NCBI GenBank assembly: GCA_021324655.1
Contig: JAJPIP010000062.1
Location: forward strand, 38,987-102,986
Source: Pseudomonadota bacterium
GTDB taxonomy: Bacteria; Chloroflexota; UBA5177
Length of the DNA: 64,000 nucleotides
Direction of reading: 5' to 3'
Shown here: positions 26,164-36,031 of the stretch, one piece after another
How positions within the stretch are numbered: the first letter of the stretch is position 1
How the letters are laid out: each line of letters opens with the position of its first letter
Notes under the pieces: generated by a model
Databases searched by the model: none
Told to the model about the DNA's origin: nothing
The model's input: the letters and a program-made list of their open reading frames with translations, nothing else
Position numbers and translations under genes: made by a program

Positions 26164-29100
26164 CTAGCGCGGCCTCAGATCGCCGTTTGACGCTTCCGGG
26201 CCACGCGGCCACATCGCGGAAATAGATCGCAGGCCGCACTCGGCGCGCCGGGCATATCCCGACGCGCCGAGGCGCTGCGCCCCGGCGAGAGCCAGCGCGA
26301 GCTGTCCCCTGGCCGCGTCTATCTCCTCCCATCCCAGGAGCACGCGCCCGTACTCGCAGCGGGCCCGCACCTCCTCATAAGGAAGGCGCAGATCGCAGGC
26401 ACAGGCGATCGCCTCCTCGAAGGCGGCGCGCGCCTCTCCCCGCTGCCCCAGGCCGGCCAGCACCAGCGCGTGAACCCACAGCGCCTTGATCTGTCTCACG
26501 GGGTGGCCATCTCTCTGGGTGTCCTGCACGTGGCGGACCAACGCCACTTCAGCCCGCACAAAGTCCCCACGCAAAACATGCGCCCATGCCTCCTCACGAC
26601 AGGAATAGGACAGGTTCTCCAGATGCTCCAACGCCGTGTCGGGTAATCCCTGCTGCAGCGCGATGTCAGCGAGGACGATCGCAGTGAAGCTCAGGACGTC
26701 GCCGTTCCCATTCAGGCGGCCGATGGCAATCGCCTCCCGCGCTAATTGGGTACCGAGGTGGTGATCACCCTCGCCGGCGGCCAGGAGGGCGCGAATCATG
26801 ATGGGATAGGCGGCATGATAGGTCGCTCCGACGGCGCGCGCGAAGGCGACACCGCGGTCCAGGTGGACACGGGCTGCCGGCCAGTCGCCCGCGTCGACAT
26901 AGCTCTGACCGAGGATCCCCAGGATGAAGGCGGCGCCATCGACATCGCCCACTCGCTCGGCCAGGGTCAGGGCGCGCTCGAGTGGGTGCCGGGCCAGGCG
27001 TGGGTCTCTCTCGACCATACGCCGATAGATGCCGCTATGGACCAGAGCAGTGGCCAGCTCACGCTCGTGCCCGCCCTCCTCCGCGATGCGGATGGCCTCG
27101 TCCATGAGCTGCCATCCACGCTCGTAGTCCCGCGCATCCAGCAGGGCACGAGCGTAGGCGGTCAGCGTTTCAGCATGGAGGCGGGTGTTCTCCGTCTGTC
27201 CCGCCAATTCGGCCGCCCGCCGCGCCAGGGGTAGGATTTCTCTGCGTTCGCCACGCGTGAACTTCAGCCAGGCCAGGGTCGAGAGGAGGAAGGACGCTGC
27301 ATCCGGATACGCTACCTCGTCGATCACCCGCAGGGTCGCCTCGACCCGCTCGACCCCGGCCTCGGGGCGCGCTCGGTAGCCGTGCAAACGACCGATATGA
27401 CCGGCCGCGCGTGCTACTGCCGGCATATCACTCTCGATCTGATAGATGGATTCCGCCTCCTCTAGGACGGTAATTGCCTCGTCATGGCGCGAGAGCGTGG
27501 TGAGCACCTCGGCCAAGCGCTCGCGAACCGGCGCCGCCTCTCTCGCCCGGCCCTCACCGTCGAGGAGCCGGAGAAGATCACGGTAGTACTGCTCGGCCGT
27601 CTCGTTGGCATGCATGGCCGCCGCTCGGTCACCGGCACGGCGGAGAAAGAGGATGGCCTGAGAAACATTGTTCGCCTGGAGGTGGTGGTGGGCCAGAGCC
27701 TCCACGTCATCCGGGTGCACGACCTCGATGGCACCGGCCAGCGAGGCGTGGAGATGGAGACGACGCTGCCTTGAGAGCCGCGTGTAGAGCGCTTCCCGCA
27801 TCAAGGGATGGCGAAAGACATATCCCTCACCCTCCTCCTCCAGAAGACGGGCCTCCTGCGCCTCATCCAGCGCGTCGAGGATCTCAGCATGCGACATCGG
27901 CCCGAACGCCTGCCGCGCCGCGGCGGCCAGAGCGGCGAAGGAGGATTCCATCCCGGCGGTCGCCGCCAACGCCAGAATGTTCCGCGTCGCGGTCCCCATA
28001 CCGGCCACGCGTGCCTCGATCAGGGCCCGGACATGCGGCGGCACCGCGTCGCGATGTGTCGGCAGGCGCTGCCAGTGTCCTTCGGTCAGCGTCAGCTGCC
28101 CTTCCTCCTGCAGCGTCCGCACCAGCTGCTCCGCGAAGAGGGGATTGCCCAGGGACAGACCGTAGACGTAGGCCAGGAGCGTGGGATCTACCGATCCGCC
28201 GGGGAGGAACCGCCGAACCAACTCCTCGCAGTCGGTCCGGGCCAGACGTCCCAGGTCAAGACGGCGGCTGAAGTCGTCTCGACTCACGTCGGCTGAGAAG
28301 CGCTGCAGCGGCGAGCCGGGTCGGACGTCTTCCTCACGATAGGTGGCGACCAGCAGCCAGCGCCGGTCACGCGCGAGGCGGGCGAGGTGGTGAAGAAGCT
28401 GAAGAGTTTCCTCGCCGGCCGCGTGCAAGTCTTCGATCACAATCAGGATGAGCTGCCGCTCCGCCAGGTCGTCCAGCGCTCGCACGACAGAGGCAAACAA
28501 GCGTCCCCGTCCCTCAGACCTCGGGCCGCTCTGACTGGGCTGGTCAGACAGCGAGGGCACGAGCTGGAGGAGGTCGGGGCAGACACCGAGAATACGCCGC
28601 TGCTCCTCTCCCGCGACGGCAGATAGGTAGCCCTCGAGAGCCTCGGCGAACGGACCGTACGGAAGGACGCGCTCCTGCTCGTAGTTGATGCCCCACAGGA
28701 TTGCCATTCCCCGCCGGAAACAGAGACGTGCCAACTCCGCCACCAACCGGCTCTTTCCCACGCCCCCTTCTCCCGCCACCAGAACCAACCCACCACGCCC
28801 CTCTGACGCTCTCTCCGCACCGGAGGTCAGGAGATTGAGCGCCCGCTCCCGACCCAGCAACGGCGCGTCACCCGCGGCGCGCCTGACCGGAGCGGGCAGA
28901 GAGAGAGGTTCCCGTGGCTGCTCTACCGGCCGTTCGCCGGAGCCGGCACGCGTCAGAATGTCACGGTACAGCGCCTGCGTCTCCGCATCCGGCTCGATGT
29001 CTAGTTCGTCACGCAGGGCCCGGCAGCACGCCTCGTACTGACGGAGCGCGAGGTGACGCTGCCCGTCGAGGATGTAGAGGCGCATGAGGCGGCGGTGGAC

Positions 29101-29724
29101 CTCCTCGGCCGCCGGATCCACCTCCAGCACCATCTGGAGCCGGTGGGCAGCGCGAGCGTACTCACCCTCCCTGTGCAACGCATCGGCCAGAGCCAGCAGA
29201 AGACGTCGGTATACAGCTCCCAACGTCTCCCGGCGCGGCTCGGCCCAATCGGCGTAGAGATCCTCAGGGAGAAGGGTGCCCCCGTAGAGCGCGACGGCGG
29301 CCCGCAGCCGGGGAATGTCCCCCGCCGGAGCCTGCAACGCCATGTGCTCGAAATGATCGGCGTCGATCCAGACCCGTCGGTGATCAAGCGCGACCACGTC
29401 ACGATCGGCCCGCAGATACAACGAGTCTTTGCCGTCACGGAGTCTGGGCTCCAGGGCGTGGCGGGCCATGTGCACCATCTTGTTGAGGCGCGGCCCGGTC
29501 CCGCGGAGCGGCACGTCGGGCCAGAGATACTCCTCTAATTGCTCCCGATGGAGCGTATGGCCCGGCGCGACTGCCAGCATCTTGACAAGGGTGCGTGCCG
29601 TCGGCCGCTGCCAGGCAGTCGTGGGAACGGCGGCACCGCAGGACTCGGCGCGGAAACCGCCGAGCAGATAGAGGCGCAACTCCGGCGTCTCATCGTATGC
29701 GGCCGCAGGTTCTTCTCCGTCCAT
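26164..29724 (-). CDS. AfsR-like regulator: SARP (OmpR-type wHTH plus BTAD), NB-ARC/AAA ATPase and TPR array
   Basis: The track ORF is 26164..30021. I preferred the ATG at 29724 because it lies immediately before the SARP wHTH (LRLYLLGGFRAE...WQRPTARTLVKMLA). The BTAD is LMRLYILDGQRHLALRQYEACCRALRDELDIEPDAETQALY. The P-loop is VAGEGGVGKSRL. A long TPR region follows. Confidence 0.8.
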   Translation of the reverse strand: MDGEEPAAAYDETPELRLYLLGGFRAESCGAAVPTTAWQRPTARTLVKMLAVAPGHTLHREQLEEYLWPDVPLRGTGPRLNKMVHMARHALEPRLRDGKDSLYLRADRDVVALDHRRVWIDADHFEHMALQAPAGDIPRLRAAVALYGGTLLPEDLYADWAEPRRETLGAVYRRLLLALADALHREGEYARAAHRLQMVLEVDPAAEEVHRRLMRLYILDGQRHLALRQYEACCRALRDELDIEPDAETQALYRDILTRAGSGERPVEQPREPLSLPAPVRRAAGDAPLLGRERALNLLTSGAERASEGRGGLVLVAGEGGVGKSRLVAELARLCFRRGMAILWGINYEQERVLPYGPFAEALEGYLSAVAGEEQRRILGVCPDLLQLVPSLSDQPSQSGPRSEGRGRLFASVVRALDDLAERQLILIVIEDLHAAGEETLQLLHHLARLARDRRWLLVATYREEDVRPGSPLQRFSADVSRDDFSRRLDLGRLARTDCEELVRRFLPGGSVDPTLLAYVYGLSLGNPLFAEQLVRTLQEEGQLTLTEGHWQRLPTHRDAVPPHVRALIEARVAGMGTATRNILALAATAGMESSFAALAAAARQAFGPMSHAEILDALDEAQEARLLEEEGEGYVFRHPLMREALYTRLSRQRRLHLHASLAGAIEVVHPDDVEALAHHHLQANNVSQAILFLRRAGDRAAAMHANETAEQYYRDLLRLLDGEGRAREAAPVRERLAEVLTTLSRHDEAITVLEEAESIYQIESDMPAVARAAGHIGRLHGYRARPEAGVERVEATLRVIDEVAYPDAASFLLSTLAWLKFTRGERREILPLARRAAELAGQTENTRLHAETLTAYARALLDARDYERGWQLMDEAIRIAEEGGHERELATALVHSGIYRRMVERDPRLARHPLERALTLAERVGDVDGAAFILGILGQSYVDAGDWPAARVHLDRGVAFARAVGATYHAAYPIMIRALLAAGEGDHHLGTQLAREAIAIGRLNGNGDVLSFTAIVLADIALQQGLPDTALEHLENLSYSCREEAWAHVLRGDFVRAEVALVRHVQDTQRDGHPVRQIKALWVHALVLAGLGQRGEARAAFEEAIACACDLRLPYEEVRARCEYGRVLLGWEEIDAARGQLALALAGAQRLGASGYARRAECGLRSISAMWPRGPEASNGDLRPR

Positions 29725-29817
29725 GGCGCGATTGTGGCGCAATTGTACACGTATCCGACACGGTCCGCCTGTCGCGTTGCGTGTGGCGCGGGGGGAATGG
29801 GTGGGAACGATCCGGGA

Positions 29818-30183
29818 ATGGATGCTCGGTACCATCGCCTCACGATGAACGAGGAAACCTGGCGCGTGATGGTGGACGGAGGCGGCGAGACATGGCCGAC
29901 GCTTTCCGACCTCGTCAGTCGCCGCCTCGCCGAGTTGAGCCCGGGAGACATTCTGCACGTCATCTCGGAGGAGCCCACCGTCCACCCGGATATCGCCCGC
30001 TGGTGTCTGGCTACCGGCCACGATCTGTTACTGGTGCGACACGACGCGGATGGAACGCGCTTCTGGATCAGAAAGGGGGGATGGAAGGATCACCGGCTGA
30101 AGGACGCATCGATTCCGGCGACGCAAAACCGGACAGAGAGAACTTTTTTGGAGCCGCATCACCAAGGAGTATGCGATGAGTGA
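29818..30183 (+). CDS. TusA-like fold protein lacking the CPxP cysteine; start uncertain
   Basis: The C-terminal part DILHVISEEPTVHPDIARWCLATGHDLLLVRHDADGTRFWIRKGG resembles a TusA/SirA domain. The start could be at 29818, 29845 or 29869. The gene overlaps the next gene by 8 nt. Confidence 0.35.
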   Translation: MDARYHRLTMNEETWRVMVDGGGETWPTLSDLVSRRLAELSPGDILHVISEEPTVHPDIARWCLATGHDLLLVRHDADGTRFWIRKGGWKDHRLKDASIPATQNRTERTFLEPHHQGVCDE

Positions 30184-31030
30184 CGATCAAACGAGCCAGG
30201 GGAGCGATCTTTGGAAGAGCTACGTCTCGGGCAAGGTGACACGAGCCCAGCTATTGGCGGCAGTGGCCTCCGGAGCAGCGGCGCTGGCTGTACCGGGTGC
30301 CGCCGGGGCAGCGGGAGGGCCCCGCACGCTGTCCTTCCCCTTCTACCCGGCGGTGCAGGGCACCTACACGCCGGAGTCGATTCAGGACATCCTGAACAAC
30401 ATCGTGACGCCGGCGTACTATGCCATCTCCGGCATTACCATCATCCTCTCGCAGCCGTCCCAGTTCGGACTCTCCGGCCTTGCCTTGACCATCACGCAGG
30501 CCATCGCCGCCCAGGAGCAATACCACATCGACTTCTGGACCTCGAAGGGTGCGGTGCCGGTCACCACCTCATTTACAGCCCCTGCCTCCGTTCTGACGCC
30601 GGCCGGGGCGGCGGCAACGTCCGAGATCTCCGCCACCATCCAGACCGCCAATTTCATGACGGCGGCCCGCGAGTTCGCGGAACTGGGACAACCCGAGCTG
30701 GCCAAGTGGGCCTACCAGACCGGGGCGCAGGAAGCGGGGCAGCGGGTCGCCTATCGCTTCCTCGAGGCGCTCGGCGGGGCCACGGGTGTGCTGCCCAACA
30801 ACAAGGCGTTCGAGACCGACCTCTTCCTCTATACCCGTGACGCCATCAACGCCTACCGCCTGCTGGGATTGATCGGGGGTAACGGTACGCCGTACAGCTA
30901 CCCCGGACGTGATGCCGTCCTGGCTGCGGCCGGACCGATGGCGAGTGCCGTGCTGCAGCAAGTACCCAACAACGCGACCTCGAGTGTGACCATCACCGGT
31001 CCCACCAGCCTCACCGGCGAGCGGAGTTGA
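30176..31030 (+). CDS. ferritin-like domain protein with N-terminal signal/Tat-like region
   Basis: AAGGAG sits 6 nt before the ATG. The N-terminus is VTRAQLLAAVASGAAALAVPGAAGAAG. Ferritin-like helices are AQEQYHIDFW and AGQRVAYRFLEAL. Confidence 0.6.
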   Translation: MSDDQTSQGSDLWKSYVSGKVTRAQLLAAVASGAAALAVPGAAGAAGGPRTLSFPFYPAVQGTYTPESIQDILNNIVTPAYYAISGITIILSQPSQFGLSGLALTITQAIAAQEQYHIDFWTSKGAVPVTTSFTAPASVLTPAGAAATSEISATIQTANFMTAAREFAELGQPELAKWAYQTGAQEAGQRVAYRFLEALGGATGVLPNNKAFETDLFLYTRDAINAYRLLGLIGGNGTPYSYPGRDAVLAAAGPMASAVLQQVPNNATSSVTITGPTSLTGERS

Positions 31031-31074
31031 CCGACACGTATAGCAGCCGGTACCAGTGCTAGTCAAGACGGAAG

Positions 31075-31116
31075 CGGGGCAGGCATCTGCGAACGGCCTG
31101 CCCCGTCCGTTTATCC
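31075..31116 (+). terminator. candidate intrinsic terminator after the ferritin-like gene
   Basis: CGGGGCAGGC-(11 nt)-GCCTGCCCCG forms the stem, followed by TCCGTTTATCC. Confidence 0.45.
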
Positions 31117-31347
31117 GGCGCGGAACGCAACGGGCGCACCTGCTGGGCGGACCTTTCGCGTGGTGCCCCGCTGCCGGCGTCGTCACTGGCCGCCATCGAG
31201 GCGGCCACCCATCTCTCAAAGAGGAGCTCACGCGAACGCAGTCCGTATGGCGAGGGCTCCGGTCTGTGTCTCCAGCGTCGGGGCTGCCTGGATGTCTCCG
31301 TACGAATCGGACCATTCCCTCTGCGGCCATAGGGAAGCGCGTACAGT

Positions 31348-32277
31348 GTGAGCATGGATCACTTGTCAGGGCACGGCGATCATCACCACACACACAGTCA
31401 CCATTCGGACGACATCGATTGGACGGCGATGGCCGCCCAGCTCACCCTCGAGGCAGAAGTGCTCTTGCCGTATGTGACCGAGACGGCTCGGTCGGTCGCG
31501 GAGATGTGCCGGCAGGATGGGATCACGGTGCGGCGCATCCTGGATGTTGGCAGCGGACCGGGGGTGGCCGCCTGCGAGCTGGCGCAGCGGTTTCCCTCCG
31601 CTGAGGTCGTCGCGGCCGACGGGTCCGAGGCTCTGCTGGCAGCGGCAGCCGCGCGGGCGGAGAGCATGGGTCTGTCGCATCGAGTCTCGACGCGACATGT
31701 CGACCTGCCCGATGGGATCGGGAGTCTCGGCCGAGCGGATGTGATCTGGATGGCGATGGTGTTGCACCACATCGGCGATGAGGCGGCGATGCTGCGCCGG
31801 CTGCGCGGGATGCTCGATCCCGGCGGCATACTGGTGCTCGTGGAGCACGGCGACCCGCTGCGCTTCCTGCCCGATGATGCCGCGCCGGGGCCTCCCGGTC
31901 TGACCGCCCAGCTGGCCGCCGCCGACACCGCCTGGCTGGCCGACCTCCGCGAGGGTTTGCCCGGTGCCACGCCGTCTGCCGGGTACCCGGCGATGCTACA
32001 GGCAGCAGGGTTCGAGCCGGCCGTCGATCACGTGGCGCATGTGCGCCTGGCATCGCCGCTGCCGGCCGAGGGCCGCCGGCTGCTGCTCGGCCGGCTACAA
32101 CGAATGCGTGAGATCTTCGGCGCGCGTCTCAATGGGCCGGACCGCGACGCCCTCGACGTGCTCGTCGACGACGACCATCCGCTGGGGATTATGCACCGGC
32201 CCGATGCATTCCTCGACGCCTCCCGCCATGTGTACGTCGCCAGGGCGACGGAAGGTCCCGATGCACTCGGCTTGTAG
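31348..32277 (+). CDS. class I SAM-dependent methyltransferase with His-rich N-terminus
   Basis: The N-terminus is HGDHHHTHSHHSD. Motif I is ILDVGSGPGVAACELA. Confidence 0.75.
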   Translation: MSMDHLSGHGDHHHTHSHHSDDIDWTAMAAQLTLEAEVLLPYVTETARSVAEMCRQDGITVRRILDVGSGPGVAACELAQRFPSAEVVAADGSEALLAAAAARAESMGLSHRVSTRHVDLPDGIGSLGRADVIWMAMVLHHIGDEAAMLRRLRGMLDPGGILVLVEHGDPLRFLPDDAAPGPPGLTAQLAAADTAWLADLREGLPGATPSAGYPAMLQAAGFEPAVDHVAHVRLASPLPAEGRRLLLGRLQRMREIFGARLNGPDRDALDVLVDDDHPLGIMHRPDAFLDASRHVYVARATEGPDALGL

Positions 32278-32283
32278 AGGCGA

Positions 32284-33420
32284 TCAGGCGGACAACCGGC
32301 CGTCGATGGCAGCGGCGGCGGCTTGCCGTGCCGAGCGGCGAGCCGTCATGAAGAGAGTCCGGCGTTTGGGAACGCGGTCGGTTGACCACACCCCGGGCGG
32401 CGCCATCGTCAAGACGGCCAGCCCGATCAGCACCGCATCGTAGTTGACCCGCCAGCCCACGAAGTCGCGCCATGCCTGGTCACGATCGGGCTTGAGCGGG
32501 ACACCGAGCGCGGCCAACTCGTCGCACACTGCGTCAAATTCCTCCCGTGAGACGCTGATGGGGCCGGCGGGCGACGGATCCTCGTTGAAGGGAATGCCGA
32601 ACGGGACGGCGACCCGCTGCAGGCACAGATAACCGGCTCGAATACACAGCTCGGCCCGGGGGTCACGGGGACGATCGAGGGCGGAGACGACCAGGCTCGC
32701 CGTGTCCAGTACCGCGCCGGCCGCTGTCACCCAGGAGCGTTTGGGCTGGGGCGACCGGTACAGGACCAGCGGCACGAGGGCGGTGTGGCTCTCCTCGACC
32801 ATCTCGAACCACTCCTGCCAGGTCGTCCAGACGTCGCTGATGTGGCCAAATCCCTTGATGAGGTGGTAGCGCTTGATCATCTTCAAGGGGGTCGGTGGCG
32901 TGCCGGCAAGCGTCTCGAGACCCGTCACGGCGCGCTCACGCTGCGAGAACGCGGAATAGATCGTCGGCAGGTAGGACACCAGAATGGCGCCAAGGAGGAG
33001 ACTCAAGACCGTCTCGGAAAAGGCGATGACGGTCCCGCCGGGAACGGCGCTGACGTTGGAGCCCAGGTAGAGCAGCGAGAGACGGCTCGTGGTGAGTGCG
33101 GTCCCCCAGGAATGAATCCCGAGCGACCAGTACAGCGCGGCGTACCCGACGAGCACGCAGGCCAGCCAGATGATGGGAAGGGTCAGCAGCGTCACCGGCG
33201 CATAGTACGCAAGGGCGTGCTCACGGCGCAGGCGGGAGGCGTGGCGCAGGGGGAGCTCGATAAGGTAGCGCATCACCACAAAAGCGCCGCGCGTCAAGAC
33301 GTCGGGCGCCGACCCGCGCGGCACGATAAAGGTACGCACCGCCGAGGAGAGCGCGCTCAAGATCAGGATGATGCCAAGGAGAAAGGCGAAACCCGAAACG
33401 ACGTCACTCAGAATGTACAT
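32284..33420 (-). CDS. polytopic membrane protein, hypothetical
   Basis: The track ORF is 32284..33438. The ATG at 33420 has GGGGAGGGA upstream. Multiple TM helices are predicted from hydrophobic stretches. Confidence 0.6.
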   Translation of the reverse strand: MYILSDVVSGFAFLLGIILILSALSSAVRTFIVPRGSAPDVLTRGAFVVMRYLIELPLRHASRLRREHALAYYAPVTLLTLPIIWLACVLVGYAALYWSLGIHSWGTALTTSRLSLLYLGSNVSAVPGGTVIAFSETVLSLLLGAILVSYLPTIYSAFSQRERAVTGLETLAGTPPTPLKMIKRYHLIKGFGHISDVWTTWQEWFEMVEESHTALVPLVLYRSPQPKRSWVTAAGAVLDTASLVVSALDRPRDPRAELCIRAGYLCLQRVAVPFGIPFNEDPSPAGPISVSREEFDAVCDELAALGVPLKPDRDQAWRDFVGWRVNYDAVLIGLAVLTMAPPGVWSTDRVPKRRTLFMTARRSARQAAAAAIDGRLSA

Positions 33421-33486
33421 GCCGTCCCTCCCCTGCAAGATACTCCTGAAAATTGGTCATTGTCAAGGATGCGGGAAGGGAGCGGG

Positions 33487-33900
33487 TCACGTCGACTCGC
33501 CCGCGATCCAGGCGGCTAATCGCTCCTCGATCATATCGGCCGCGGCCTCAAACGCCTCTCGCCGGCCGGCACCCGGCACCAGAGCCGGATCCGGGATGCT
33601 CCAGTGGAGACGATGCTTCGCGCCGGGAAAGACGGGGCATGCCTCGTTCGCCGCGTCACAGACCGTGACGACATAGTCCCACTGCTCCCCGAGGAAGTGA
33701 TCCAGCGTCTTCGAGGTGTGTGTGCTGATGTCGACGCCGCGGCGCTGCATCTCCGCAAGCGCCTCCGGACGCACCTCCGTCTCTTCCGTTCCCGCGCTCG
33801 CCACCTCGAACCGATCGCCCGCCATGGCGCGCAGCAGGCCCTCCGCCATCTGACTCCGCGCCGAATTGTGCGTGCACAGAAACAGGACCCGCTGTTTCAC
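33487..33900 (-). CDS. arsC: arsenate reductase, LMW-PTPase family (thioredoxin-coupled ArsC)
   Basis: The P-loop is VLFLCTHNSARSQMAEG. Downstream Cys residues sit in a typical arrangement. Confidence 0.85.
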   Translation of the reverse strand: MKQRVLFLCTHNSARSQMAEGLLRAMAGDRFEVASAGTEETEVRPEALAEMQRRGVDISTHTSKTLDHFLGEQWDYVVTVCDAANEACPVFPGAKHRLHWSIPDPALVPGAGRREAFEAAADMIEERLAAWIAGEST

Positions 33901-34619
33901 AGCTCCTCTCCCCCGATTCCAGGCACCGGCTGCTCTCCTCTCGCCAGCTCGTAGGTGAACGCGCCGAGCAGAGCACCGATAACAGGACCCAGCACGTAGA
34001 CCCAGTAATTGGTCCAGGTATTGGACATCAGAGCGGGGCCGAAGGAGCGGGCCGGGTTCATGGACGCACCGGAGATTGGCCCGCCGAAGAGGGCATCAAG
34101 GAGGATCGTGCCGCCGATGGCGAGGGCTGCCGCTTCCCCGGCGGCCCGGTTGTCGGTCGCGACGGCCATGATGACGAACATCAAAAAGAAGGTCATGACG
34201 GCTTCCAGAATCAACGACTGACCAGCGCCATGACCGGGGAGAGTCGTGCCGACGTGGGCGACATCACCGAAGAGGGCATGGAGCAGGAGGGCGGCGAGGG
34301 TCGCTCCCGCTAACTGCGCCAGCCAGTAGAGGGGGACACGCCGGAACGGGAAATGACGGGTGAAAGCAAAGGCAAGGGTCACCGCCGGGTTCAGATGCGC
34401 TCCTGAGATATGCCCCACGGCATAGACCATGACCCCGATGGCCACCCCAAAGGAGAGGGCGATGCCGACATGGGTGATCTGGCCATGGGAGATGGCATCG
34501 ATCATGATGGCGCCGCAACCGGCAAAGACCAGCGCAAAGGCCCCTACCATCTCAGCGAGGTAGGGGCCCAGTCGACCTAGCTGCAGCACGTTGGGTCGCA
34601 GTTGCAGCCGTCGCAACAC
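33897..34619 (-). CDS. MIP-family aquaglyceroporin (arsenite channel, AqpS-like); start uncertain
   Basis: The two NPA boxes are HLNPAVTLA and SMNPARSFGP. The track ORF extends to 34838, but that would overlap arsM, so a start at the GTG at 34619 or the ATG at 34550 is more likely. The gene overlaps arsC by 4 nt. Confidence 0.8.
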   Translation of the reverse strand: MLRRLQLRPNVLQLGRLGPYLAEMVGAFALVFAGCGAIMIDAISHGQITHVGIALSFGVAIGVMVYAVGHISGAHLNPAVTLAFAFTRHFPFRRVPLYWLAQLAGATLAALLLHALFGDVAHVGTTLPGHGAGQSLILEAVMTFFLMFVIMAVATDNRAAGEAAALAIGGTILLDALFGGPISGASMNPARSFGPALMSNTWTNYWVYVLGPVIGALLGAFTYELARGEQPVPGIGGEEL

Positions 34620-34665
34620 GGGCAGGTGCAGTCCATGACATTTCCCTCCTTTCCGTCGTCGAGTG

Positions 34666-35556
34666 TCATCGGCAGCACGAGGACGAGCAGCCGCAGCCGT
34701 CACTGGTGACAGCGAGGGCCGTCTCTTCCACGGCGGACGATGTCGTGATCGGCTTGGTAGCGCGGATGAAGGCTCCGGCGATCTTTCCGTCGGCTGCCTC
34801 CCAACCCGATGGCAGTGTTGCCGTGTCGATTCCGGCATCCGCGATCCGGTAGCGGCGGGTGATGTCGACGCTGGCGCTGTCGAAACCAGCGTCTTTCAGG
34901 AGCTGCATGTACTCGTCCACGTCAAGTGCCCCGGCGATGCAGCCGACCCAGGCTTCCATGCTCTGCCGCAGGGCATCGGGAACCGGGCCATCGGTCACGA
35001 CATCGGCCACAGCAAAGTGGCCCCCCGGCTTCAGCACGCGGAACGCATCCCTCAGAACCAGTGACTTATCGGCCGCCAGGTTGATCACACAGTTGCTGAT
35101 GACGACGTCCACCGAACCGGCGGGAAGCGGGATGTCCTCGATGCGCCCCTTCAGGAACGCCACGTTCCGAACGCCCGCCTTCTCCTTATTCTGCTGCGCC
35201 AGAGCCAGCATCTCGTCGGTCATGTCAAGACCGTACACAAAGCCGGTGGGGCCCACGCGTTGAGCGGAGAGCAGGACGTCGATCCCGCCGCCGGAGCCAA
35301 GATCGAGGACGGTTTGCCCCTCCTGGAGATCGATAAGCGCGGTCGGATTGCCGCAGCCGAGGGAGGCGAGCACGGCTTCCGCGGGGAGCGTCTTGGTCTG
35401 ATCCGCCCCGTACAGATCGCGGGTCACACCGTCCTGCTGGAGCGGGGTGCAGCATCCCGTGTCACAGCATCCGGAACCGGCCTGCACTGCCCTGGCGGCG
35501 GCAGCATATCTATCTCGTACGTGTTCGGCGATTGTCTTGTCCGGCATGGTTGTCAT
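34666..35556 (-). CDS. arsM: arsenite S-adenosylmethionine methyltransferase
   Basis: SAM motif I is VLDLGSGGGIDV. Conserved cysteines lie in the CCD/GC regions (GCCDTGCC, ASLGCGNP, ISNCVINLA), as in ArsM. Confidence 0.85.
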   Translation of the reverse strand: MTTMPDKTIAEHVRDRYAAAARAVQAGSGCCDTGCCTPLQQDGVTRDLYGADQTKTLPAEAVLASLGCGNPTALIDLQEGQTVLDLGSGGGIDVLLSAQRVGPTGFVYGLDMTDEMLALAQQNKEKAGVRNVAFLKGRIEDIPLPAGSVDVVISNCVINLAADKSLVLRDAFRVLKPGGHFAVADVVTDGPVPDALRQSMEAWVGCIAGALDVDEYMQLLKDAGFDSASVDITRRYRIADAGIDTATLPSGWEAADGKIAGAFIRATKPITTSSAVEETALAVTSDGCGCSSSCCR

Positions 35557-35603
35557 CCTCATCTCCTATCGATAATCTTCGATGTATTGGGCCAAAAAAA
35601 TTT

Positions 35604-35963
35604 CTACGCGAACGGTTTGACCGCGCTGAGCAAGGACTTCCCCTCATCCGTCGCCCAGTAGTAGCTCCAGATGCCGCGCTTCTCCGTCTCGATGAGACCG
35701 GCGTCGCGCAGGAGTTTCAGATGGTGGCTGATGGTCGGCTGGTTCTGCGGGAACTGCGGTGTCAGGTCACAGACACAGATCGGCTCGGGCTGCTGTGCCA
35801 GGAGGTCGAGCATGCGCAGGCGGGTGGGGTCGCCGGCCGCCTTCAGACGGTTCGCCAGGAGGTCGCTCTTCTGGGCGGACAGGGCCGGCGCCGCAAGGCT
35901 GGCGCAGCACGGCTCGCTCTTGCGCCGCGGCGGGAGTCGATCAAGGACGGGGATGGCTGTCAT
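35604..35963 (-). CDS. arsR: ArsR/SmtB-family metalloregulator
   Basis: The wHTH is LRMLDLLAQQPEPICVCDLTPQF with a canonical CVC site. There is an additional N-terminal Cys pair (EPCCAS). Confidence 0.85.
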   Translation of the reverse strand: MTAIPVLDRLPPRRKSEPCCASLAAPALSAQKSDLLANRLKAAGDPTRLRMLDLLAQQPEPICVCDLTPQFPQNQPTISHHLKLLRDAGLIETEKRGIWSYYWATDEGKSLLSAVKPFA

Positions 35964-36031
35964 GCCTGTATCCTAGCATATACATCGATGATCGTCAATG
36001 GGTTCGATGACACCTCATCTCACCCGATTCG

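Noticed and set aside
26164-29724. The STAND (NB-ARC + TPR) protein as an antiviral Avs-type defence NTPase
   Set aside because: Its N-terminus is a canonical SARP wHTH plus BTAD, with no nuclease, protease or other effector domain. An AfsR-type transcriptional activator is a much better fit.
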